Positions 37,562-46,686 of a DNA stretch of 64,000 nucleotides are shown one piece after another. The number at the start of each line of letters is the position of its first letter. Within the stretch, counting starts at the first letter, position 1. The position numbers and the translations under genes are program-made. The notes under the pieces were generated by a model. That model had not been told where the DNA came from and searched no databases. It saw only the letters and a list, made by a program, of their open reading frames with translations. The stretch is from Alphaproteobacteria bacterium (lineage in GTDB: Bacteria; Pseudomonadota; Alphaproteobacteria; CALKHQ01): assembly GCA_965227515.1 (NCBI GenBank), contig CBDDFZ010000001.1:1568001-1632000 (forward strand), written 5' to 3'.

Positions 37562-39050
37562 GGTCCACCATCAGTGCGCCGATGGCGTGGCGGTCCGCCG
37601 GCTGCTCGAACTCGCCGACGATGCGCCCGCGGGTCATCACGCCGATGCGGTCGGCCAGGTTCAGCACCTCGTCCAGATCCTCGCTGATCACCAGCACCGC
37701 GGCCCCGCCGTCGCGGGCGCGGCGCAAATGGTCGTGGATGGCGGTGCAGGCGCGCACGTCCAACCCACGGGTCGGCGAGTGGGCGACGATCACCCGCGCG
37801 CCCTCGTTCAGCTCGCGCGCCAGCACCAGCTTCTGGGCATTGCCGCCGGAGAGCAGGCCGGCCTTGATGGTCGGGCGCGCGCCCTGGATGTCGAAACCGG
37901 CGATGGCGGCCTCGGTGTCCGCCGTCATCGGCCGCCCACGGGTCCAGGCGATGTTGCCATAGCGGCCGCGCCGCATGCCGCCGACCGCGTAGTTTTCCCG
38001 AATGGTCAAATCGTTGGCGAGGCCGTCGCTCGACCGGTCGGCCGGCACGCTGACCAGCCCCAAGCGCCGCCGGCGGCGCGGGTCGGCGGCGGTCACGGCG
38101 GCGCGGTCGATGCGGATGTCGCCGGCGCGCGCCCGGCGGATGCCGGTCAGCGCCTCGGCCAGCTCGGTCTGTCCGTTGCCGCCGACACCGGCGACGGCAT
38201 AGATCTCGCCGGCACGCACGTTCAGGCTGAGCCCGTCGACAGTGACCGCGCCGTCGTCGCGGGCGACCTGCAGCCCCTCGACATCGAACAATACCTCGCC
38301 GATGGCGGTGGCCGCCTCGCGCTGGTCGGCCGGGCTGTCGCCGACCATCATCCGGGTCAGGTCGGCCGGGGTCAGGTCGCGCGCGCCCGCCGTCGCCACC
38401 GTGCGCCCGGCCCGCATCACCGTGACCTTGTCAGCGTATTTCGGCGCCTCGCGCAGCTTGTGGGTGATCAGCACCACCGCCCGGCCCTCGTCGGCCAACC
38501 CGCGCATGGTGGCGAGCAATCGGTCGGCCTCCTCGTCGGTCAAAACGGCGGTCGGCTCGTCCAGGATCAGGATGCGCGCGCCGGAGACCAGCACCTTCAC
38601 GATCTCCGCGCGCTGCTGCTCGGCGACGGAGATTTCGGAGACCTGCCGGTCGGGGTCGATATCGAAACGCAGCGCGTCGCTGAGGCGGGCGATCTCCGCC
38701 TTCACGTGGCGCAGGCCCTGGCGCCAGGAGCGCTGCGGGTTGGCCAGCATGATGTTCTCGGCCACGGTGAACGGGCCGACCAGCTTGAAGTGCTGGTGGA
38801 CCATGCCGATGCCCGCGTCCTTGGCCGCGTTGGGGCCGGAGAACGAGACCGGCGTGCCGTCGAGCCGCATGGTGCCCTCGTCGGGCGCGTAGAGGCCGCT
38901 CGCCACCGACATCAGCGACGACTTGCCGGCGCCGTTCTCGCCCAGTAACGCGTGAACCTCGCCCCAGGCGAGGTGGAAGCTGGCGTCATCCAGGATTCGG
39001 CGACCCTCGAACGCTTTCACGATGCCATCGAGGGCGAGTGCGGAGGTCAT
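37554..39050 (-). CDS. Nucleoside-type ABC ATP-binding protein
   Basis: GENGAGKS, GMVHQHF, LDEPTAVL, LSGGNAQK, PTRGLD. Confidence 0.95.
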   Translation of the reverse strand: MTSALALDGIVKAFEGRRILDDASFHLAWGEVHALLGENGAGKSSLMSVASGLYAPDEGTMRLDGTPVSFSGPNAAKDAGIGMVHQHFKLVGPFTVAENIMLANPQRSWRQGLRHVKAEIARLSDALRFDIDPDRQVSEISVAEQQRAEIVKVLVSGARILILDEPTAVLTDEEADRLLATMRGLADEGRAVVLITHKLREAPKYADKVTVMRAGRTVATAGARDLTPADLTRMMVGDSPADQREAATAIGEVLFDVEGLQVARDDGAVTVDGLSLNVRAGEIYAVAGVGGNGQTELAEALTGIRRARAGDIRIDRAAVTAADPRRRRRLGLVSVPADRSSDGLANDLTIRENYAVGGMRRGRYGNIAWTRGRPMTADTEAAIAGFDIQGARPTIKAGLLSGGNAQKLVLARELNEGARVIVAHSPTRGLDVRACTAIHDHLRRARDGGAAVLVISEDLDEVLNLADRIGVMTRGRIVGEFEQPADRHAIGALMVDHG

Positions 39051-39136
39051 TCGGTGTTTCCACTCGCCGTCATGGGTGGACTTTGTCGGTCTTTGCCATC
39101 GAGACGTATATGTCCGCAACGAGTGCGTTCATTTCA

Positions 39137-39364
39137 CCTCTCCCCGCCGCGGAGCGGTGTGGGAGAGGAAGGGGCCCAGCCGCAGGCTGGGAAGGTGAGG
39201 GGCACGGCGCGACCGGTCGCAATCCGACGATGCCGAGGGCAAGGAAGTGACATTCTTGACCGCAAGACTGTGAAGACGCATCCAATGGAGCCGTGCCCTC
39301 ACCCTCCCGCAAACCTGCGGTTCGCGGGCCCCTCCCTCTCCCGCGCGTGCCGCTGGGAGAGGGG
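39137..39364. repeat. CCTCTCCC-type palindromic doublet
   Basis: CCTCTCCCCG..GGGAGAGG..GGTGAGGGG mirrored by CCCTCACC..CCCTCTCCCG..GGGAGAGGG. Confidence 0.75.
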
Positions 39365-39425
39365 AAACGCAGCCCTCGGCACAAGGCCGAGGGCGTCAGG
39401 TATTTCTCGAAGGCGCAGTCAGCAC

Positions 39426-40544
39426 CTATTCCAGGCTGCCGATCACGCCGTCGACGAGGTAGTCCATGCCCCACAGCGCGCCGTCGTCGGGGAACGCGCC
39501 TGCCGCGACCACTTCCTCGCCGGCCTGGTTCATGATCGGGCCGTCGAACACGTGCATCTCGCCGTTCACGATCTTCTCGCGCTCGGCCATCACCATGTCG
39601 ACCACGTCCTGCGGCACGGCGTCATTGCAGCACGCGATGTCGGTGCCGCCGTCGGCGATGCCCAGGAACGCGCCGTAGGGCGCGGTCTCCCAACCGCCGG
39701 CGACGATTTTCTCGATCTCCGGCGTCAGGTAGCGGTCCCACACCCAAGCCGACGAGCACAGGGTCGCTTCCGGCGCGAACTCGCTCATGTCGCGGTGGTG
39801 GCCGGTGCCGTAGACGCCGTTCTCCTGCGCCACGACCTGCGGGGTCGGCGTGTCGACATGCTGGCCGACGACGTCGATGCCCTGCTCGATCAGCGCCTGG
39901 GTCGCTGCGCGCTCCTGCACCGGGTCATACCAGGAGCCAGTGTAGACCACGGTGACGGTGGCGTCCGGGTTCACCTTGCGGGCGCCGAGCAGATAGGCGT
40001 TGACGGTCCAGGTGACCAGGCCCAGCGGGTAGGCGGCCACGAAGCCCAGCTTGTTGGTCTCGGTCATCGCGCCGGCGACCATGCCGCACAGATACTGGCT
40101 CTCATAGGTGCGGCCGTAGAACGACTGCAGGTTCGGCCCGTTGGTGGTGCCGGCGGGGTTCAGGAACGCGACCTCCGGATATTCCTCGCTCAGCTCCAGG
40201 AAGGCGTCGGAATAGCCGAACGCGCTGCCCAGGATGATGTTGGTGCCGCGCTGGATGTAGCGCTCGACCACCGGGCGGATGTCGGACGCGACTTCCGGCA
40301 CCTTCTCGGTGAACGGAATCTCGATGCCCAGCGCCTCTTCCATGCGCACCCTGGCTTCCTCCAGCGCCTGCACCCAGCCGCCGTCGTCGCGCACATTGAA
40401 ATAGACCCAGGCAACCTGCGGATCGCCCTCCAGGGTGAAGCCTTGCGCGCTCGCCGTGGTGGCCGCCGCGCCGATGGCCAATGCCGCCCCCAGCGTGGCC
40501 CCCAGCGCTGCCCCAACTGCCTTTACGCCGAATCTCGTCTGCAT
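39426..40544 (-). CDS. BMP-family ABC substrate-binding protein
   Basis: Signal peptide; DDGGW, SAFGY, YLCGMVAG.MT.TNKLGFV, GSWYDP..E. Confidence 0.92.
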   Translation of the reverse strand: MQTRFGVKAVGAALGATLGAALAIGAAATTASAQGFTLEGDPQVAWVYFNVRDDGGWVQALEEARVRMEEALGIEIPFTEKVPEVASDIRPVVERYIQRGTNIILGSAFGYSDAFLELSEEYPEVAFLNPAGTTNGPNLQSFYGRTYESQYLCGMVAGAMTETNKLGFVAAYPLGLVTWTVNAYLLGARKVNPDATVTVVYTGSWYDPVQERAATQALIEQGIDVVGQHVDTPTPQVVAQENGVYGTGHHRDMSEFAPEATLCSSAWVWDRYLTPEIEKIVAGGWETAPYGAFLGIADGGTDIACCNDAVPQDVVDMVMAEREKIVNGEMHVFDGPIMNQAGEEVVAAGAFPDDGALWGMDYLVDGVIGSLE

Positions 40545-40642
40545 CCCCGTTCTCCCTCTCGCTCGCGGTACGGTCAACGCATCCAGACCCAGGATGCGTT
40601 TGACACGCCCGCCTGGACCCCCATACTGCAAAATCCCTGCCA

Positions 40643-40661
40643 GTATCCGGTATCTGGATAC
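40643..40661. promoter_or_regulatory. Probable IclR operator in divergent promoter
   Basis: GTATCC-N7-GGATAC dyad between the BMP gene and the IclR gene. Confidence 0.55.
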
Positions 40662-40754
40662 GGCATTCGGATTGCGAGTATGGAAGCGAGCCGGCGCCCA
40701 TGTCAATTGGCGCCAATCGGCCCGCCAAAGCCAGGGATCGAGGACGGGCGCCAG

Positions 40755-41576
40755 ATGGGTGATGCGGCTAAGAACGGCCCGGGGGTCGGCGGTGCGGAGA
40801 GCCCGACCACGCTGAAGGGCGTGCACCGGGCGCTGCAGGTCATCGAGTACATCGCCGAGCATCCGGGGCGGGCGAGCGAACTGGCGGAGGGGTTGGGCAT
40901 CTCCTGGGCGACCATGCACCGCACCTTGTCGGCGCTGGAGAAGACCGGGTTCCTGGAGCGCGACACGGAGAGCAACCGCTACCACATCGGCCCGCGTATG
41001 TGGTTCATCGGCTCCACCTACCTGGCCCGCCACCCGGTGCTGCAAGTGGCGCACCCCTATCTCTCGGAACTGGCCATGCGCTGCGACGGCTCGGTGCAAC
41101 TGGTCGAGCGGCTGGGCCGGCAGGCGGTGACGCTCTATGCCCACACCGCCTCCGGCGAGGTGATCACCAAGTCGACCTATGGCCACCACTTCCCGCTGCA
41201 CTGCGGCTCAAAAGGGCAGGCATTGCTGGCGTTCGAGGCACCGGCTTTCGTCGAGGACTACCTCAACGGCCCGCTGGAGACCCTGACCGCCGAGACGATC
41301 ACCGACCCCAATGAGCTGCGCGACCGGCTGGCCGACATCCGCACCGCCGGCTTCGCGGTGACCGCGGGCGACGTGCAGCCCTTCACCGGATCGCTGTCGG
41401 CGCCGGTGTTCGACCGGTCCGGCAAGGTGGTGGCGGCGGTGTGCATCATCGTGCGCCGCGCGGTGCTGGAGGACGAGAAGCAGGCGGCCGAGTTGCAGGA
41501 CCGGGTCCAGAACGCCGCACAGTCGACCTCGATCGCGCTCGGCTGGGCCCCGCGCCCGGTAACGAGGGCGGGGTAG
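40755..41576 (+). CDS. IclR-family regulator
   Basis: RALQVIE HTH, PLHCGSKGQALLAF, SLSAPVFD. Confidence 0.92.
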   Translation: MGDAAKNGPGVGGAESPTTLKGVHRALQVIEYIAEHPGRASELAEGLGISWATMHRTLSALEKTGFLERDTESNRYHIGPRMWFIGSTYLARHPVLQVAHPYLSELAMRCDGSVQLVERLGRQAVTLYAHTASGEVITKSTYGHHFPLHCGSKGQALLAFEAPAFVEDYLNGPLETLTAETITDPNELRDRLADIRTAGFAVTAGDVQPFTGSLSAPVFDRSGKVVAAVCIIVRRAVLEDEKQAAELQDRVQNAAQSTSIALGWAPRPVTRAG

Positions 41577-42324
41577 AGGGACGCCCGTCCCCTCCCGTTG
41601 TCATCCTCGGCCGGAGCGAATGCGGAGTGCCGGGGATCCATTTCACGGATCGCGCGATAACCGGAATGGACCCTCGGCCTGACGGCCAAGGGTGACAATA
41701 TTGAATTTGCCTGGATCGCCGCGCCCCGTAACGAGGGCGGGGTAGCCCAACACCCGGTCGTCATGCCCGCACTTGTTGCGGGCATCCACGTCTTGGCAAC
41801 GGTCGATGAAAGTCGTGGATGGTCGGGACAAGCCCGACCATGACGTGTTTGGGGGTGTGGCCGTCCCTACGTCTTCCGCTCGGTGTAAGACCCCTGCTTA
41901 TGAAAGAATCGTAGCCCGGGTGGAACGAAGTGGAACCCGGGGACATCGAACTGCCGGCGGCCGAACCCGGGTTTCGCTACGCTCCACCCGGGCTACGCAT
42001 TGCGCTGGGCCCCGCGCCCGGTAACGAGGGCGGGGTAGTCGAACACACGGTCGTCATGCCCGCACTTGTTGCGCGCATCCACGTCTTGGCAACGGTCGAT
42101 GAAAGTCGTGGATGGTCGGGACAAGCCCGACCATGACGTGTTTGGGGGTGTGGCCGTCCCTACGTCTTCCGCTCGGTGTAAGACCCCTGCTTATGAAAGA
42201 ATCGTAGCCCGGGTGGAACGAAGTGGAACCCGGGGACATCGAACTGCGGGCGGCCGAACCCGGGTTTCGCTACGCTCCACCCAGGCTTCTGTAACGGGCC
42301 ATTGTTGGTCAATCCCTTTTTCGT

Positions 42325-42495
42325 CGTCCCGGCGCCTGGGTCATGCTTCTGTACGGGGTCGGCGCACGGCCGCCACCAAGATGGATATGCGAGGATCGGT
42401 CGGTCCAATCTACGGAAGCGTGCTCTCGTGCGAGGCGACATCCTGGATGGCGGCCTGACCTGATCCATCGTCCCGGCGCGGGACGGCGCTTGACG
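42325..42495 (-). ncRNA. Putative bridge/seekRNA of IS copy 2 (boundaries approximate)
   Basis: Guides CATCCAGG (42442-49), CCGTAG (42410-15), CCATCTT (42378-84), TACAGAAG (42346-53), all on the minus strand. Confidence 0.8.
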
Positions 42496-42560
42496 GGCCG
42501 GTGTCTGCGCCCGCCGAAGCTCGTGTGCTGGTTCTCCCTATGCGGCGGTCGTCTTTGCCA

Positions 42561-43598
42561 TTAGGCCGCTGCCATCGCCGGGCGCACCGGTCCGGCATGG
42601 TTGAACGCGGTGCCGTCAACCCACATCCGGTGCATGATCACGGCCAGCCGGCGCGCCAGCGCGACCTTCGCCTTCCTCATGCCGGCTCGCCTGGCCAGCT
42701 TCATCGCCCAGCTCTTCAACCACCCGCCCTTGATCGGCCGGGTCAGGATTACGTGCGCCGCCTCGTAAAGCGCTGCACGCACGTCCGCATCGCCCACCTT
42801 CGAGATCCGCCCCGTCATCTCGCTCTCGCCCGACTGGCGCTTGGTCGGCGTCAGGCCGAAGTGCGCCCCCACCAGGCGCGACGAGGCAAACCGCCCGGGG
42901 TCGTCCACTCCCGACAAGTAGGTCAGTCCGACAATGCTCCCCACGCCCGGCACCGTCATCAGCAGGCGAGCGCGATCGTCCGCCTGCGATGCCGCTCGGA
43001 CCTGCCGGTCCAGCGCCGTGAACGATAGCAACAGGCCATCGCGTGCCGACAGCAGCGCCCCCGCCTCCAGTACCGGATGCCCCGCCACAAGCTCCGAAAT
43101 ACGTGTCGAAAAGCTGCGCCTGGTGGTGTGCCCTACCTTCAGCCCGAAGTTCCGCAGCTGACCACGAAGGTGCATCTCAAGATCGTGCAGCTTCGCGCGG
43201 AGCTGGTCGCGACCCTTCAAAAGGGCCCGCATCTCCTGGGCCGCCAAAGACTTGCAGTGAACCGGACGAAACCAGCCCACACGCATCAGCTGAGCAATCC
43301 CGCGTGCGTCCGAGCGGTCCGACTTCACCGGCATCGTCGAAAGGGCCCGCGCAACATGACGCGTCTCCAGCAACTCAACCGAAAGACCGCCCTCGCTACA
43401 TCCCCGCACAAGCCATTGCGACAACGGCCCCGCCTCAAGACCAATCCGCTCAACCGAAATCCCCAAAGACCCAAACCACAACAACAAACCCGCCGGCGTG
43501 CTCGCAATACGAGCCTCGCAGACAATCCCGCCCGCGCCGTCAACAACGCACACCGATGACCATTCCAAAGAAACGTCAATCCCGGCATAGTAGTTCAT
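42561..43598 (-). CDS. IS110 DEDD recombinase/transposase
   Basis: 345 aa; 8 substitutions relative to copy 1. Confidence 0.95.
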   Translation of the reverse strand: MNYYAGIDVSLEWSSVCVVDGAGGIVCEARIASTPAGLLLWFGSLGISVERIGLEAGPLSQWLVRGCSEGGLSVELLETRHVARALSTMPVKSDRSDARGIAQLMRVGWFRPVHCKSLAAQEMRALLKGRDQLRAKLHDLEMHLRGQLRNFGLKVGHTTRRSFSTRISELVAGHPVLEAGALLSARDGLLLSFTALDRQVRAASQADDRARLLMTVPGVGSIVGLTYLSGVDDPGRFASSRLVGAHFGLTPTKRQSGESEMTGRISKVGDADVRAALYEAAHVILTRPIKGGWLKSWAMKLARRAGMRKAKVALARRLAVIMHRMWVDGTAFNHAGPVRPAMAAA

Positions 43599-43899
43599 GG
43601 TCGTCTCTCCTCGATGTCTTGGAGCGGCAAACCCGACTCCGTGTATGACACCGACATCTTGAGGGACGACCACTCATGCACGCCACCAAACAAGGGCCGT
43701 TAGCCCATCTACGCATCGCGCTGGATCGCCGCGCCCGGTGACGAGGGCGGGGTAGCCAAACACCCGGTCGTCATTGCGAGGAGCGCGGCACGCGCGACGC
43801 GGCAATCCAGAGGGACATTAGGCACGTGCACCGCAATCGCCTGGATCGCCCATCGGTTTTTGGGGCCGCCATTTGGCGGCTCGCGATGACGGCAAGAGT

Positions 43900-44685
43900 C
43901 TACGTCTTCCGCTCGGTGTACGACCCCTGCAGGTTCTGGAACATCTCCACCAGCGCGTCGACGGCGGCGTCGATCATGACCTTGCCGGACTCCGCGGTCG
44001 CGTGCTTCGGCGCACCGAAGATCGACGCATGGTTGGTGGTCGGGTTGGGCCGGCGCTGATAGGTGCGCACCGGCTCCACCGGTGCCACCAGGTCCCAGCC
44101 GACCAGCGGCGCGTGCACGCCCTCCAGCCGGTCCATGTGCACCAGCTCCGGCCGCGTCGCGAGCTGGAACGAGGTCTCGAACTCGCCGCCATGGCCCATG
44201 CCGCCGACCTCCGACTTGCGTGCGGCATGGATGGCAGCGGCCCCCGGCTCCCAGTAGCTGACGGCGGAGACCTTGAACTCGTAACGCTCGTCCAGATCGT
44301 CGACCAGCCGGCGCGCCACCGCATCGTTCGAGGTGCCGTTGGGCCGGTTGCCGTTGAGGATGATCAGGTGCTTGAAGCCCTGCTTGATCAGCGCGCTGCC
44401 AACCTCGTAGACCAGTTCCTGGTAGGTCGGGATCGACAGCGAGATGGTGCCCATGAAGTGCTCGAAGGTCTTTGAGATGCCATAGGCAATGGGCGGCGCC
44501 ACCACCGCGCCGATCCGCTCCGCCACCCGCAGCGCCATGTATTCGGCCTGGTGGGTGTCGGTGTCGACCGGCATGTGCGGGCCGTGCGCCTCGGTCGCGC
44601 CGGTGGGCAGGATGACGGCCCGCCCCTCGGCGACGACCTCCGCCACTTCGTCATAGGTCATGGTCGAAAGGGCAACGTTCATCAT
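43900..44685 (-). CDS. Creatininase-family amidohydrolase
   Basis: LPTGATEAHGPHMPVDTD, YGIS, GTISL, HGGEFETS. Confidence 0.9.
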   Translation of the reverse strand: MMNVALSTMTYDEVAEVVAEGRAVILPTGATEAHGPHMPVDTDTHQAEYMALRVAERIGAVVAPPIAYGISKTFEHFMGTISLSIPTYQELVYEVGSALIKQGFKHLIILNGNRPNGTSNDAVARRLVDDLDERYEFKVSAVSYWEPGAAAIHAARKSEVGGMGHGGEFETSFQLATRPELVHMDRLEGVHAPLVGWDLVAPVEPVRTYQRRPNPTTNHASIFGAPKHATAESGKVMIDAAVDALVEMFQNLQGSYTERKT

Positions 44686-44802
44686 TGTCTCCCGCGCGCA
44701 CATCGGCTTGTGTTGTCCGTCTGCCGGATATTATGCTCGGATAGCGGACATCGACAACTGTCCGCATATCCACCCGTCACCACCCGCCGAGAGTGCCGCC
44801 CA

Positions 44803-45447
44803 TTGCCCCACGTCAGCCAAGCCTTCACGGTCGACCAGCCGATTGCCGCGGTGTGGGACTATTTTCAGGACGTGCCGGCCGTGGTGACCTGCATGCCGGG
44901 GCTGGAGCTGACCGGCCAGACCGGCGAGGACAGCTACACCGGGCGGGTGAAGATCAAGCTGGGGCCGATCACCGCCGCATTCGACGGCGAGGCGACGTTC
45001 ACCGACCGCAATCCCGATACGCGCACGTGCGCGCTGACCGCCAAGGGCATCGACAAGAAGGGCGGCAACCGGGCCCAGGCCAAGGTTGAGTACGCGATGA
45101 GCGAGCCGGCGCCAGGCCGGACCGAAGTGTCGCTGGAGGGCGACATCACGCTGACCGGCGCGCTGGCGCAGATGGGGCGCGGCGGCATCATCAACGACGT
45201 GGCGGCGCAGCTGACCGAGCAGTTCGCGACCGCGCTCAGGGCCAAGCTCGCGAGCGCGGCGCCGGCATCTCAGGCGGCACCTCAGGCGGCACCTCAGGCG
45301 GCACCCGCGCCTGCTTCGTCGGCACAGGCTGCATCGCCACAACCCTCGCCCTCGCCGTCGCCTGAGGCAGCAGGCGAGATCCGCGCCGGCAGTTTGATCT
45401 GGAAGGTGATCTGGCACCGGCTGACCGGTTGGTTGCGCCGGTCCTGA
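44803..45447 (+). CDS. CoxG / SRPBCC-family protein
   Basis: VWD.FQDVP.V..CMPG, KIKLGPI, G.LAQMGRG; Ala/Pro/Gln linker. Confidence 0.85.
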   Translation: MPHVSQAFTVDQPIAAVWDYFQDVPAVVTCMPGLELTGQTGEDSYTGRVKIKLGPITAAFDGEATFTDRNPDTRTCALTAKGIDKKGGNRAQAKVEYAMSEPAPGRTEVSLEGDITLTGALAQMGRGGIINDVAAQLTEQFATALRAKLASAAPASQAAPQAAPQAAPAPASSAQAASPQPSPSPSPEAAGEIRAGSLIWKVIWHRLTGWLRRS

Positions 45448-45623
45448 GTAATTGCGGGTAGCGGCGGACGCCTGCTCACAACCAGCCCGATTAATTTGCA
45501 GGCACTGCCTGCCAATTGGGCGGTGCGTTCGAACGGACTACGGAATCGCACGGCCTCCGCCATCGCTGCAATGCGTGGCATGCCAATTGCTGAAATGCCC
45601 CCGATGGATGGTCCATCGGGGGA

Positions 45624-46631
45624 GTGCGCATGGCTGCCGTTGAGCTGATTGCAGTCACCAAGGCCTATGGTACCGCGGTCGCGGTCGACAACATCGACCT
45701 GAAGATCGAGGACGGGTCCTATTGCTGTCTGCTGGGCCCCAGCGGCTGCGGCAAGACCTCGACCCTGCGGATGATCGCGGGCCACGAGACCATCACCAGC
45801 GGCGACATCCTGATCGGCGACACCCAGGTCAACGGCCTGCCGCCGGCCAAGCGCCCGGCGTCGATGATGTTCCAGAACTACGCGCTGTTCCCGCACCTGA
45901 GCTCGGTCGACAATGTCGCGTTCAGCCTGCGCATGTCCGGCGTCGACAAGGCGGAACGGCGCACCAAGGCGGCCGAGATGCTGGAGCGGCTGCATATGTC
46001 GGCCTATGCCGATCGCAAGCCGGGCCAGCTTTCCGGCGGCCAGCAACAGCGCGTGGCGCTGGCCCGCGCCCTGATCACCAACCCGCAGGTGCTGCTGCTC
46101 GACGAGCCGCTGTCGGCGCTGGACCCGTTCCTGCGCATCGCCATGCGCGCCGAATTGAAGCGCCTGCAGCTCGACCTCGGCCTCACGTTCATCCACGTCA
46201 CCCACAGCCAGGACGAGGCGATGGCGCTGGCCGACCAGATGGTGGTGATGAACGACGCCAAGATCGTGCAGGAAGGCCCGCCGATCGCCGTCTTCAACCA
46301 GCCGAAGTCACGCTTCATCGCGCAGTTCATGGGCGGCCACAACGTGCTGCCGGGCGACCTGCTGGGCGTCGACACCCCGCTGGGCGCGCTGCGCAGCGAC
46401 CGCATCGTCATCGACGGCAACGGGTCGGCGACAGGGGGAAGCGGCGTGCCGGCGACCGTACGGCTGATCGAGTATCTCGGCGCCCAGGTGCAGGTGCACC
46501 TGGTCGGCCCTTCTGACTCCGAAATCGACGTCCATCTGAGCGATGTCGCGTTCGCCGAGCGCGACCTGGCGCCCGGCAGCGCGGTGACCCTGTCGTGGCA
46601 GCCGGCCGACGTCCACCCGCTGCCGAACTGA
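45624..46631 (+). CDS. PotA-type ABC ATP-binding protein
   Basis: GPSGCGKT, FQNYALFPH, LSGGQQQR, TOBE-like C-terminus. Confidence 0.93.
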   Translation: MRMAAVELIAVTKAYGTAVAVDNIDLKIEDGSYCCLLGPSGCGKTSTLRMIAGHETITSGDILIGDTQVNGLPPAKRPASMMFQNYALFPHLSSVDNVAFSLRMSGVDKAERRTKAAEMLERLHMSAYADRKPGQLSGGQQQRVALARALITNPQVLLLDEPLSALDPFLRIAMRAELKRLQLDLGLTFIHVTHSQDEAMALADQMVVMNDAKIVQEGPPIAVFNQPKSRFIAQFMGGHNVLPGDLLGVDTPLGALRSDRIVIDGNGSATGGSGVPATVRLIEYLGAQVQVHLVGPSDSEIDVHLSDVAFAERDLAPGSAVTLSWQPADVHPLPN

Positions 46632-46686
46632 CCAAACTCACACAACGACCCCAACAACAACGGCCCCAACAACAACGGAGAGGGAC

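Larger units (their letters stand above)
42286..43708 (-). mobile_element. IS110-family (IS1111 group) element, copy 2, inserted in a GTAG REP
   Basis: Same ends as copy 1; flanks rejoin to GCGTAG^CCTGGGTGGAGCGTAGCGAAACCCGGG. Confidence 0.92.
41543..43930. repeat. Composite array of duplicated gene tails, CGTC/TGTC palindromic doublets and GTAG REP doublets (includes a 293-bp tandem repeat and IS copy 2)
   Basis: IclR tail x4, creatininase tail x3; 41759 repeats at 42052. Confidence 0.9.

Noticed and set aside
41761-42239. Duplicated 61-aa ORFs
   Set aside because: By-products of the 293-bp tandem repeat of palindromic DNA
41543-42285. Possible CRISPR array
   Set aside because: The repeats are gene tails and REP doublets, the intervening segments are long and partly identical, and there are no cas genes
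29305-42285. Inversion between the two oppositely oriented IS110 copies
   Set aside because: The flanks of copy 2 rejoin into a unit matching the intact neighbour at 41911-42038, so no exchange of flanks is evident
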